Below, one piece after another: positions 1-8,696 of a stretch of DNA of 64,000 nucleotides. Source of the stretch: an uncultured Pseudomonadota bacterium (GTDB taxonomy: Bacteria; Pseudomonadota; Alphaproteobacteria; Rs-D84); assembly GCA_949298405.1 (NCBI GenBank), contig CASFWA010000002.1:10048-74047 (forward strand), in the 5' to 3' direction. The first letter of the stretch is position 1; the number at the start of each line of letters is the position of its first letter. Both the position numbers and the translations under genes were made by a program. The notes below the pieces were generated by a model. That model worked only from the letters and a program-made list of their open reading frames with translations. It did no database searches and had not been told where the DNA came from.

Positions 1-180
1 TTCTTGTTCGCGAATTTTTTCTTGCTGAGTTTTGAAACGGTCACCGATAAACTTTAAGAACACCAATGTCAGTAACAAATCGCGCTTGTCCGTCATAGGC
101 GCGCGGCCACGCAAATGATTACGACAATTGAATAATATAGTTTCCAGTGTTTCTTCTTTTATTTTTGCTGCCTTTGCCAT
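1..180 (-). CDS. hsdM: type I restriction-modification DNA methyltransferase subunit HsdM, N-terminal ~60 codons; the gene runs off the window start
   Basis: Minus-strand ATG at 178-180. Translation MAKAAKIKEETLETILFNCRNHLRGRAPMTDKRDLLLTLVFLKFIGDRFKTQQEKIREQE matches the conserved HsdM N-terminal motif (..LRG.......lL.l.FLKfisD.F). Absent from the ORF track because it is truncated by the window edge. Confidence 0.5.
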   Translation of the reverse strand, partial: MAKAAKIKEETLETILFNCRNHLRGRAPMTDKRDLLLTLVFLKFIGDRFKTQQEKIREQE

Positions 181-313
181 ATCACATCCATTTTTGTTTA
201 TTGGTATTTGTTTCTATCAATCTGTATTTGATTATACTCATATTTGTGATTTTTGTAAGAAAAAAGGTAAAAATTCCAAAATTTTACACAATGCACTAGC
301 GTCGTGATATCTA

Positions 314-655
314 TTATTCCCCATCCGGGATTTCGGGGCTGGACACTTCGGTAATATCATCAAAGGGGATTTTGGTTTTGACTATGGTGATGTATCGATA
401 TTCGGGGTCTATGCGGGTGACCAGGCCCGTTATAGTGTCATAGGCATCGGTCCGGTAAAATCGCACCGTTATCATCATGCCTTTTTTAACCAACCCAAGT
501 TTCCGAGACAGTCGTTCGGCGGCATCACCAATCAATTCCCGTCGGGGTTCAACCACCCGATTTTTAGCCAACACCATCGCATAATACCCACGCAGGGCCG
601 CAAAAGGCATAAACTGTTTTGCACGTGCGGTATTATCAGCCATTGTGTCCCCCAA
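314..655 (-). CDS. YolD-like protein (UmuD-analogue partner of Y-family polymerase)
   Basis: 113 aa. The C-terminal pattern ITVRFYR.DAYDTITGLVTRIDPEYRYITIV...IPFDDITEV resembles the YolD family. It overlaps the stop of the upstream umuC-like gene by 20 nt, indicating an operon. Confidence 0.5.
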   Translation of the reverse strand: MGDTMADNTARAKQFMPFAALRGYYAMVLAKNRVVEPRRELIGDAAERLSRKLGLVKKGMMITVRFYRTDAYDTITGLVTRIDPEYRYITIVKTKIPFDDITEVSSPEIPDGE

Positions 656-1898
656 CCAAAGTATTACGTTTGCGACCGGTGGACTTCTCGTGATAATTTA
701 TGCCACGCAGGATGGCATTCTTGCCAAACTTGCCCTTGATATCCAGCAGTGCGTGTTGCAGTTTGCTTTCGCGTTCATCCGCCGTTGTGTCCACAAATAA
801 ATCCAGTTGCAGATGCACCGTATCTGCATCGACCAGGTTCCCCAACCCAACCGTCAATTTATGTATCGGTGTGCGTTTGTCGGTTGTTTCACGATACAAT
901 CGCACAAAGTCCGCCACCAATGTCTTGTAAGACGATGTGTGCGCTGGCAATTTACGACTGCCCCCGGTTGGGCGTCGCACATCCCGTGAATACCCCACAG
1001 ACAGAGATATTTCATCAGCCACCAGGTTCTTTTCCACCAATTCCAAGACCAGGTTATCCACCATTTCCTGCATCACAATCTGTGCATCGTCAAAGTTATA
1101 ATCTTCGAACAGAATCTGGCCGTTGGACAGTGAATGGGATTTCGCCTGATAGTTATGAATGTCGGCAATTGTGCATGGCTCTATGCCGTTCGCATGGTCA
1201 ATCAGGTATTCTGCATTTGTGCCGAACTCACGATACAGGGTTTCAGCCGGCAACTGCGTCACCCCATACAGGTCATAAACACCATATTTTTCCAGTCGCC
1301 GTGCAATGCCCGCCCCAATGTTCCAAATGTCCGTTATTGGCCGATGATGCCACAGGTGTTCCCGGAACGATTCCGCATCCAAGTATCCGATATGATCGGG
1401 GACTTTCTTGGCCGTGATGTCCAGCGCAACCTTGGCCAAGAACAAGTTTGTGCCGATGCCGGCGGTGGCGCATATGCCCGTCTCGGACCGCACCGCATCC
1501 ATCAGCATTATCGCCATTTCTTTGGGCGACCGTTTATACATTTTCAAGTAAGGCGTGATATCGATAAAGCATTCGTCAATGGAATAGACATGGATGTCTT
1601 CGGGCGAGATATAGCGCAGATAAATCCCGTAAATCTGGGCGGATACCTCCATATACTTTTTCATGCGGGGCATGGCGGTGATGTATTCAACGTTTTTGGG
1701 GATTTCAAAGACCCGGCAACGATTACGAATCCCCAGCGCCTTCATCGCCGGCGTTATCGCCAGACAGACCGCCCCCTGCCCCCGTGACGGGTCCGCCACC
1801 ACCAGGTTTACCGCAAACGGGTCCAGCCCACGGTCAACCGCTTCGACCGAGGCAAAGAAACTCTTTAAATCAATGCAAAGATAAAACCTTTCCGCCAT
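636..1898 (-). CDS. umuC: Y-family (error-prone) DNA polymerase, UmuC/DinB-like
   Basis: 420 aa. N-terminus FYLCIDLKSFFASVE with IDECFIDIT (catalytic DE) and a little-finger region are typical of UmuC/PolIV. GC content is clearly higher than the backbone. Confidence 0.85.
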   Translation of the reverse strand: MAERFYLCIDLKSFFASVEAVDRGLDPFAVNLVVADPSRGQGAVCLAITPAMKALGIRNRCRVFEIPKNVEYITAMPRMKKYMEVSAQIYGIYLRYISPEDIHVYSIDECFIDITPYLKMYKRSPKEMAIMLMDAVRSETGICATAGIGTNLFLAKVALDITAKKVPDHIGYLDAESFREHLWHHRPITDIWNIGAGIARRLEKYGVYDLYGVTQLPAETLYREFGTNAEYLIDHANGIEPCTIADIHNYQAKSHSLSNGQILFEDYNFDDAQIVMQEMVDNLVLELVEKNLVADEISLSVGYSRDVRRPTGGSRKLPAHTSSYKTLVADFVRLYRETTDKRTPIHKLTVGLGNLVDADTVHLQLDLFVDTTADERESKLQHALLDIKGKFGKNAILRGINYHEKSTGRKRNTLVGGHNG

Positions 1899-1949
1899 TC
1901 CGGGAATCAGTATAAACTGAATTCACAGGATGTCAAAAAGGATTGCATG

Positions 1950-1980
1950 AATAAAGAAACCCGCCCATGTGGGGCGGGAA
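1950..1980 (-). terminator. rho-independent terminator downstream of the small secreted-protein gene
   Basis: Hairpin CCCGCCC-ATGT-GGGGCGGG; on the minus strand it is followed by TTTCTTTATT. Confidence 0.5.
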
Positions 1981-1986
1981 TTCTTA

Positions 1987-2184
1987 TTAAAAACGATAGC
2001 TCAAATTATTAGATTTGATACCATCTGGGCGTGTTCTGTAATGTGACTGCACATATGTGCCATTGCTTTTTGTATAACCGTTCACATACACATACCCTGA
2101 GCCACCATAATAACTGGCCTGAGCTGGTACATTAAACACACACAGCGACAACACCACAACCAAACAACTTATTACCTTCTTCAT
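1987..2184 (-). CDS. small secreted Gly/Tyr-rich protein, hypothetical
   Basis: 65 aa with a cleavable signal peptide (MKKVISCLVVVLSLCVFNVPAQA). An AAGGA Shine-Dalgarno lies 8 nt upstream of the ATG, and a terminator follows. Confidence 0.4.
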   Translation of the reverse strand: MKKVISCLVVVLSLCVFNVPAQASYYGGSGYVYVNGYTKSNGTYVQSHYRTRPDGIKSNNLSYRF

Positions 2185-2293
2185 TTCATATCCTTTTGGT
2201 TCCGCGCAAGCACCATGCTCACACTATATAGATAGTGCGAAAACATATAAAATCAATTCGTTTTTCAATATTCAACACACAAAGCTATTATAA

Positions 2294-3118
2294 TCAGCTC
2301 ACTTTGTCTCTGGCACATAATTTTAATTTTGTTACCTTGCAACCATATGATAGGTCCAGCACATAAACATCCCTGAATACAGACTCAAATTTATGCTTTT
2401 GTAATTTATCGGATAAATGCACAAAACCGTTTTCGACAACGACCAACAAATCGCATTCATCGCAATTCTTTTTGTATTGTTCGAACTTCTTGTTCTTGCC
2501 GTCTATCGTCTTTTGCAGGTCTTCGAACGGGTTTTCAATACACATTCCCTGATTATTTACATGCACAGATGTATGCGGCGCATGCATTTTGCTAGCATTT
2601 ACAATAAACGTCTGCCCTTTTACATCAACCCACTTCTTTGTTATTCCCCATTTTGGAATGCCGGCTTCCTCCAGCGCAGATATCAATGCATCCTTAATTT
2701 CTTTGTCTGTGGCACTTAATTTATTAAATCCGGGGTTATAGCACCTGTCAAAAAAATCTTCCCTGGTCATACTGAATTTTCGCGGGTCTTGAATATCTAT
2801 TAGCAAGGTAAGCGCGATTCCCTGTTTCTTAAAGTGGCCGACTATCTTCTTGGCAATTTCTTCCAAACGCATCGTGGCTATGTTCTTGGCACTTTTATTT
2901 ACGAAATTAACAATCTCTAAACCTATTGTGGGCCTATTTGGAACCTTGAATATAAAATCCGGGCTTTCGCTGCTTATTTTTTTGGTTATACCGTTTTCCT
3001 GCATCCAGCGTTCACCAAGTTTATGGCGTGTAAATAACGCTAGATAAGTTGCCTCTGCGCCTTTTTGACCATCATCTTGAATTATAAATTGCCCGCCCTT
3101 GTGTACAACTTCTGTCAT
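2294..3118 (-). CDS. hypothetical protein (island cargo)
   Basis: 274-aa ORF that abuts the DUF4143 ATPase gene on the same strand. No recognisable motif. Confidence 0.45.
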   Translation of the reverse strand: MTEVVHKGGQFIIQDDGQKGAEATYLALFTRHKLGERWMQENGITKKISSESPDFIFKVPNRPTIGLEIVNFVNKSAKNIATMRLEEIAKKIVGHFKKQGIALTLLIDIQDPRKFSMTREDFFDRCYNPGFNKLSATDKEIKDALISALEEAGIPKWGITKKWVDVKGQTFIVNASKMHAPHTSVHVNNQGMCIENPFEDLQKTIDGKNKKFEQYKKNCDECDLLVVVENGFVHLSDKLQKHKFESVFRDVYVLDLSYGCKVTKLKLCARDKVS

Positions 3119-3129
3119 TGTGTATTGTT

Positions 3130-4356
3130 TTACAAATACGCCACGGGGATGACGTTTACATCGGCCGTTAATGGCAGGTGAGTTTGCGCATTACAAACAA
3201 CCGCACCTGGGCCACGTTGGGCATGCAAGACGTCTTCTATGACCCTAAAATTTTTTATGTCGCCAACATTCGGTGTCGTTGTTCGTTTGATTTCCACAGG
3301 ATACAATTTACCGTTTTCTTCAATCAAAACATCGATTTCCGCACCATGATTATCACGATAGTAATATATGTTCGGGTTGCGACCATTGTACCAATAGCTT
3401 TTAATTATTTCGGATACAACGTATGTTTCAAATATACTGCCCGCCATAGCCCCATTTGCAAGTGTTTCCGGTGTGTTCCACCCAGTCAAGAATGCGGCCA
3501 GCCCTGTATCAACGAAATATACCTTTGGAGCTTTGATAATACGTTTGGTAACGTTGCTGTAATACGGACGCAACAAGAACACCAAGCCCGACGCTTCCAA
3601 TACAGACAGCCATGATTTAATCGTTGGTGCGGTTACACCAATGTCACGGGCAATGTCACTGTAATTCATTTCCTGGCCTGTTCTGGCCGCCAAGACACGC
3701 ATAAACGACACAAATGCCATAGTATCCCCAACCGCACCAAAACTTTTAACATCGCGTTCGATATAGGTCTGCAGATATGATTCATAAAACGTATTCCACA
3801 TGTCGTCTGGTGCACCGTGCATTTTCGGATACGAACCACGCCATATCACATCATACACACGATTGATGTCCATTGGCTTGGATATTTTTGCCTTGGCATC
3901 AATATATTCCATTGTTGGCAAGAACGGTTGTGCCATTGGATTATTATTCTTTTCATCTTGGGAAAATCCGTCCAGATGCAGTATGCCGACACGTCCCGCC
4001 AAACTTTCTGATACATTTTTCATCAAATGAAACTGTTGCGAACCGGTCAGCCAGTACATACCAGGCTTGTTTTCTTGGTCTACAATCGCCTTGATATATG
4101 GAAACAGTTGCGGTGCATATTGAACTTCATCAATCAAAACAGGGGCCGGGAAACGTTGCAAAAACAGTTCTGGTTCCGTCTGGGCCAGACTTCTGTTCGC
4201 CAACGTATCCAACGAAACATAGGTTGCAGGCGTATTTGCAACATTTTGCAAAACCGTTGTCTTACCAACTTGACGCGGTCCCGTGACCATAATCACAGGG
4301 AAAAAGTTGCTGATTTTTTCTATACTCTGTTCCAAAGTTCTGTTTATGTATGCCAT
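3130..4356 (-). CDS. AAA+ ATPase of the DUF4143/COG1373 family
   Basis: 408 aa. Walker A VIMVTGPRQVGKTT and Walker B-like VLIDEVQ. Overall architecture matches the widespread ATPase-plus-DUF4143 family. A GGAGG RBS sits 5 nt upstream. Confidence 0.7.
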   Translation of the reverse strand: MAYINRTLEQSIEKISNFFPVIMVTGPRQVGKTTVLQNVANTPATYVSLDTLANRSLAQTEPELFLQRFPAPVLIDEVQYAPQLFPYIKAIVDQENKPGMYWLTGSQQFHLMKNVSESLAGRVGILHLDGFSQDEKNNNPMAQPFLPTMEYIDAKAKISKPMDINRVYDVIWRGSYPKMHGAPDDMWNTFYESYLQTYIERDVKSFGAVGDTMAFVSFMRVLAARTGQEMNYSDIARDIGVTAPTIKSWLSVLEASGLVFLLRPYYSNVTKRIIKAPKVYFVDTGLAAFLTGWNTPETLANGAMAGSIFETYVVSEIIKSYWYNGRNPNIYYYRDNHGAEIDVLIEENGKLYPVEIKRTTTPNVGDIKNFRVIEDVLHAQRGPGAVVCNAQTHLPLTADVNVIPVAYL

Positions 4357-4364
4357 AGCATCCT

Positions 4365-4401
4365 CCGGCGGATTTAAAGTTATACTTTAGAATATCAAAA
4401 G
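4365..4401. repeat. direct repeat copy 1 (about 36 bp) in the ATPase 5' leader
   Basis: CGGCGGATTTAAAGTTATACTTTAGAATATCAAAAG; repeated 60 bp downstream with about 28/36 identity. Confidence 0.6.
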
Positions 4402-4424
4402 TCAGACCCAATGTCAAATATTTT

Positions 4425-4461
4425 CGGCGGATTTAAAGTGACGCTTTAGATTATCGAAAAT
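4425..4461. repeat. direct repeat copy 2
   Basis: CGGCGGATTTAAAGTGACGCTTTAGATTATCGAAAA. The first 15 nt are identical to copy 1. Confidence 0.6.
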
Positions 4462-4471
4462 GCAGCCATAT

Positions 4472-5449
4472 TTAGCAAAAATCATCGAACACATCACCAC
4501 CTGTCCATTCATAACCGCGTTCTATGGTATAATATTTTTCTGCGCCTTCGTCTGTAATAAACGTTCTTATAGAGGTATGATAGAACATGTTAGATTTATA
4601 CTCTATTTTTGCTAACGCATAGCCCATACCACCACTGGCCATAACCACAATGGCTTTTCTATCCTTATCGAAATCTGCTTTTATAACTTCAGATTGATAA
4701 ACAGCATTTTTAGCAAACAGTTTGCCCTCGCTTATATTGTTCAAGTAATCTTGCAATGGTTCATCTGATACCACGGATGGACATAATGGAAATTCTGATG
4801 GAACTTTCCAGTTAACTTGCATTGCATTAGGTGTAAGCGATTGTTTTTCTATCGGCATATCTTCTTCCACTGTATCTTCTGGGCCCCACTGTTTATCATG
4901 ATACACCCACTCACCCAATTTACCATTGCCTGTCGGCACAGAATCTTCTTTGGCCCAACGTTCTAATTTTTCTTTACTGATTTTTGCTTCATCTGGCGAA
5001 ACTGTGCGCATCCAGTCAAAATTCTGGTCCACACTACCAGCTCTTAAAAGTGCAGGATTTTCCAAGAAGTTTTCAATACTGCCACAACATAATATTATAC
5101 GCTTTCTGGTTATTGGATTGTTCAGTGCGTTTTCCAGTCTAGTTGCCCAACGCAAGTTGTCTGGCCGATTATTACACTTATTTGTGTCCTTGTGGTCTAT
5201 TACATGCGTGGACGATGGCTTTGGTTCAAGAAAGGCCTCTGCAACAATCTGATGAACACGCACAGAATTGATATACATATATCCATTCGTTTCGTTTTTG
5301 GTTCCAAAGGTCCAAACTTCATCTAGTTTGCGTTTTATCTTGTTGGGCCGAGCATGCCGCATTACCGCACCATTATTACGCACAGAGTACCTTTCGTCCT
5401 TGAACACACATTCCTTTTCTTGGTCAAAAAAAGAGTCAACACTTATCAT
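4472..5449 (-). CDS. HNH homing-type endonuclease with NUMOD4-like N-terminal region
   Basis: 325 aa. RYSVRNNGAV resembles NUMOD4. HVIDHKDTNKCNNRPDNLRWATRLEN is an HNH_3 nuclease motif. The gene starts 3 nt after the integrase stop, in an operon. Confidence 0.6.
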   Translation of the reverse strand: MISVDSFFDQEKECVFKDERYSVRNNGAVMRHARPNKIKRKLDEVWTFGTKNETNGYMYINSVRVHQIVAEAFLEPKPSSTHVIDHKDTNKCNNRPDNLRWATRLENALNNPITRKRIILCCGSIENFLENPALLRAGSVDQNFDWMRTVSPDEAKISKEKLERWAKEDSVPTGNGKLGEWVYHDKQWGPEDTVEEDMPIEKQSLTPNAMQVNWKVPSEFPLCPSVVSDEPLQDYLNNISEGKLFAKNAVYQSEVIKADFDKDRKAIVVMASGGMGYALAKIEYKSNMFYHTSIRTFITDEGAEKYYTIERGYEWTGGDVFDDFC

Positions 5450-5451
5450 TA

Positions 5452-6639
5452 TTATCCCCTTATATCCTCTGGCACAAATTCCAACATTTTATCGGCGGCA
5501 CGTTGGATAGAATCACGCACAGGGTCCATTGTTAAACGGGCATATACCTGGGTTGCTGCGCTGGTTTTATCGCCCAGGGCCTTGCCCACAATATGTAAAC
5601 TGGCACCGGTTATGGCCTGGTAACTGCCGAATGTACGACGCAGGTCATGGAACCGCAGGTCTTCGATATTCGCACGTTTTAACAATGCATACCAGGGACG
5701 GTGAAAGTCCTCGACATGACCGCTTTTGCTGCCGGCACGACTTGAAAACACCCAGTCATCAGTCGCATAAGTGCGCATATCTTGCAATATTTCAAGTGCC
5801 TGCGATATTAATGGGATGCGTTGCGGGTCACCATTTTTAGAATCCGGGAACAGCACAAACCCTAGATTCAAATCAACATTTGACCAGCGCATGGACAGCA
5901 TATTTTGCCGACGCTGACCAATAAACAGCGATAACAGCACATAGTTTTTAAACGCCTCGTTCGGCTCTTCGGCCAGTGCTGCAAAGAAACGTGTTATTTC
6001 ATCTGGCTGCAGGAAACGTTCACGGGACTTTTCACGAAACATTTTTATCCCGACCGCAGGATTACCATGATGTGCCGGATACCCCCATTCTATGGCCTTG
6101 TTATACATGTGTTTTATCAATCCAAGTGTCCGGTTGGCGGTGTATAAACTTATCTTGCTGCGCAACCCCGAATGTATCCGTTCCAGGTCAACACGCGTTA
6201 TGCTTATCATTTTACGGTTGTGCAATTCGGGCAGGTAATTGCGAAACATTGATTCAACCTTGGCCTGTGATTTTTGCTTTGTATACACCAAAACGTGCCG
6301 TGGGTAATACTGAGTATCAAAGAACTGTTTTAATGTCATATCACGCAGGGCTTCGTTGCGTTCTTGGCCGGGGTCTGTTCCGTGGTCGGCAACGGTCCGC
6401 AATTCACGTGCTTTCATCCGGGCTTCGACCAATTTTGTAACACCAACACGACCAATTTTTACACGCTTTGGCACCCCCAGGAACTTGGTATAGAAATAGT
6501 ACGTTTTTGTCCCGCCATAGGTCACAATGATGCACAAACCCGGTTGTCCATTGTCATAATAAGTCATTGGACGCTTGTCGGTCGGAATTGGCAATTCGGC
6601 CAACGTTTTTTCTGTAAAATTTATATGGTTATTGGTCAT
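5452..6639 (-). CDS. int: tyrosine site-specific integrase (phage/P4-type)
   Basis: 395 aa. N-terminal arm-binding-like region. C-terminal catalytic HDLRRTF and a Tyr in ATQVYARLT. Lies adjacent to the tRNA-Asn fragment. Confidence 0.85.
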   Translation of the reverse strand: MTNNHINFTEKTLAELPIPTDKRPMTYYDNGQPGLCIIVTYGGTKTYYFYTKFLGVPKRVKIGRVGVTKLVEARMKARELRTVADHGTDPGQERNEALRDMTLKQFFDTQYYPRHVLVYTKQKSQAKVESMFRNYLPELHNRKMISITRVDLERIHSGLRSKISLYTANRTLGLIKHMYNKAIEWGYPAHHGNPAVGIKMFREKSRERFLQPDEITRFFAALAEEPNEAFKNYVLLSLFIGQRRQNMLSMRWSNVDLNLGFVLFPDSKNGDPQRIPLISQALEILQDMRTYATDDWVFSSRAGSKSGHVEDFHRPWYALLKRANIEDLRFHDLRRTFGSYQAITGASLHIVGKALGDKTSAATQVYARLTMDPVRDSIQRAADKMLEFVPEDIRG

Positions 6640-7294
6640 CGTTTATATCCATTGTTGCTATTTTTTCCCAATCAACCCCGTATTTGTCGACAATATCTTG
6701 CATATCTGCAGAAAGATAAAAACTACGCTCGCTACGAATGTCGGTCGGAAATCGAGATGGATTTTTCCGATCATCATGTTCTTGTTGCCAAACTTCAAAA
6801 TCAGAAACAAAAATCCCCCTTTGAACAAAAGTGTCCGCAATCGGATTTTCTTGTAACTTATATCTATCTATGTTGAAAGAGTTCCTTTCCTTTTCCGGTG
6901 TCGAATAATAACAAATAAAACTTGCCAAGTATTTTAACTCGTCTACATTCAAATGCTCGAGCATGTTAGCATACCTGGCGAACAAATTTGATTTACGGTC
7001 GGGTTCTTCCACTTTTCCCATCCCTGAAATTAATCGAGCCAACAAAATCAAATTTCTTTTTGCAACCCCCTCTTGAACGGAACGAGAAAACCTTGCCAAC
7101 ATGCTAAAAAAATCATCCCGATGGATGGCAGTTAGGTCTCCACTGCGAATGTTTGTTAACAACACCTCCCTAGCCATGTTTATGTTTTTCTGACGCCATG
7201 CATCATATACGTGCTGCATTGCGCCACCAACCACCGGCACAGCACCCAAAACACTATCAACTATCTGCGGTAATACAGCATTTTCTTTTTCCAT
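6629..7294 (-). CDS. hypothetical protein, first gene of the hyp-int-HNH operon
   Basis: 221 aa. Overlaps the integrase start by 11 nt. Confidence 0.45.
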   Translation of the reverse strand: MEKENAVLPQIVDSVLGAVPVVGGAMQHVYDAWRQKNINMAREVLLTNIRSGDLTAIHRDDFFSMLARFSRSVQEGVAKRNLILLARLISGMGKVEEPDRKSNLFARYANMLEHLNVDELKYLASFICYYSTPEKERNSFNIDRYKLQENPIADTFVQRGIFVSDFEVWQQEHDDRKNPSRFPTDIRSERSFYLSADMQDIVDKYGVDWEKIATMDINDDQ

Positions 7295-7499
7295 TTCAAT
7301 CTCTTTTTGCTACCAAGGTCCGTGTTGCAAATGCCCCAGTCCGTGAGACGTCCGTTTGTCTTTATTTGTTACCTATTTGCTACCAACGGCGTTTTTTGCT
7401 ACCAATTTCCATTAATCTTCATCAAGTATAACATAGCCTATAACCCGCAGAAAATCAAGGAAAATTAAACTTTATCAATTTCTATCAATCTTAATAAAA

Positions 7500-7549
7500 A
7501 CGGACTGTTAATCCGTATGTCACTGGTTCGAGTCCAGTTGCCCGAGCCA
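7500..7549 (+). other. 3' 50-nt fragment of tRNA-Asn(GTT) (anticodon arm to CCA); integration-site (att) copy at the island boundary
   Basis: ACGGA-CTGTTAA-TCCGT (anticodon GTT), variable ATGTC, T-arm ACTGG-TTCGAGT-CCAGT, acceptor TGCCCGA-G-CCA. No matching 5' acceptor/D-arm lies upstream, so it is not a complete tRNA. Confidence 0.75.
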
Positions 7550-7556
7550 AGAATTT

Positions 7557-7580
7557 CCGCAGATTTCTGCGGATTTTTTA
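7557..7580 (+). terminator. rho-independent terminator (native tRNA-Asn terminator)
   Basis: CCGCAGA-TT-TCTGCGG followed by ATTTTTTA. Confidence 0.7.
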
Positions 7581-7791
7581 TTGTCTGTCTTCTACCCCGT
7601 TTTTATGCAAAATTGGATGAAAATGGCTCTAAATTGCCGGAGGAGTAAAACAAAAACACATATTTGACACACAGTAATATATACCATTACTGCTGAAATT
7701 TTATATATAAATAATATTTTTATAGAATTGCAATTTTTATTATTTTTATCTACAATTAAGACCGAAAAGAAACTATAAATAGGATATCAGG

Positions 7792-8613
7792 ATGGCAGGA
7801 AAAACAATCCAAATTTATTTACCAAGCGGAAAACTTAAAGGTATAAAAAAAGCTTCTATTACAACAGAAAAACCAATCGTTTTTCAAGTTCCTCTTACAG
7901 AAGTTAGTAATAATATTGATAAACTAGATTTTAATGGTATTTATATTTTAGTTGATAGTATAACAACTAACAAACCTCAACTTTATATTGGTAAAGGGAA
8001 AGTCAAACATAGAATACAACAACATATAAAAAAGAAAAGCTTTTGGAATACGGTTTTTGCAGTTAAACTTGATAGCATTAATGGTTTTAGTGATACAGAT
8101 ATTTCATATCTTGAGTATTATTTTATAAAAAAAGCTAAAGGCTTAACCAATATTATAACAGAAGAAAATAAACAAATCCCACAGATTCCAAAATTACAAG
8201 ATGAAAAATTGGACGAATTAACGTGTTATATTGAAACAATTGAGTTTATATTATCAACCCTGGGCTTAAAATGTTTTCAAAATGAAGACGAAAATAATAC
8301 TTTCACATGCCAAGATAAATACGGAAGTTTTGGCCAAGGAAAATATAATTCAGATTCAGGGCTTCTATTATTAAAGGGCTCTAAATGTAAAATGGCATTA
8401 CATAAAGGAACCAAAAATTTACCTAAAAGAACGGATTTAATTAAAAAAGGAATTTTAAAAGAAAAGGATGGATTCTATATCTTAACAGAAGATACAACTT
8501 TCTCTTCTGTTTCATCCGCAGCTCAAATCGTATTGGCAAGACGAGCTAATGGATGGACCGAGTGGAAAAATAAAGAAGGAAAAACATTGGATGAATTGTA
8601 TAGAATAAAATAA
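7792..8613 (+). CDS. GIY-YIG nuclease with C-terminal DUF4357-like domain
   Basis: 273 aa. GIYILVDS...LYIGKG is the GIY-YIG core. The C-terminal half resembles DUF4357. Local GC is extremely low. Confidence 0.65.
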   Translation: MAGKTIQIYLPSGKLKGIKKASITTEKPIVFQVPLTEVSNNIDKLDFNGIYILVDSITTNKPQLYIGKGKVKHRIQQHIKKKSFWNTVFAVKLDSINGFSDTDISYLEYYFIKKAKGLTNIITEENKQIPQIPKLQDEKLDELTCYIETIEFILSTLGLKCFQNEDENNTFTCQDKYGSFGQGKYNSDSGLLLLKGSKCKMALHKGTKNLPKRTDLIKKGILKEKDGFYILTEDTTFSSVSSAAQIVLARRANGWTEWKNKEGKTLDELYRIK

Positions 8614-8696
8614 AACAACTTAAATAAAAGTAATAAAATCTTATGATTTTTGTTTAAAAATCAAAAGATACTAATTAATAAAAAGGATTTTATAAA

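Noticed and set aside
749-1787. Long plus-strand ORFs (222 aa and 217 aa) inside the umuC region
   Set aside because: They are antisense to a strongly supported minus-strand Y-family polymerase gene. These are GC-rich shadow ORFs with low-complexity Pro/Arg-rich translations.
1899-1990. A LexA/SOS box upstream of umuC
   Set aside because: Only a CAGT-N4-ACTG palindrome (1908-1919) is present. It matches neither CTGT-N8-ACAG nor GTTC-N7-GTTC consensus forms, so it is not claimed.
7500-7549. A complete tRNA-Asn gene
   Set aside because: Only the anticodon arm, variable loop, T-arm and 3' acceptor are present. The upstream 30 nt cannot form the D-arm or the complementary 5' acceptor strand.
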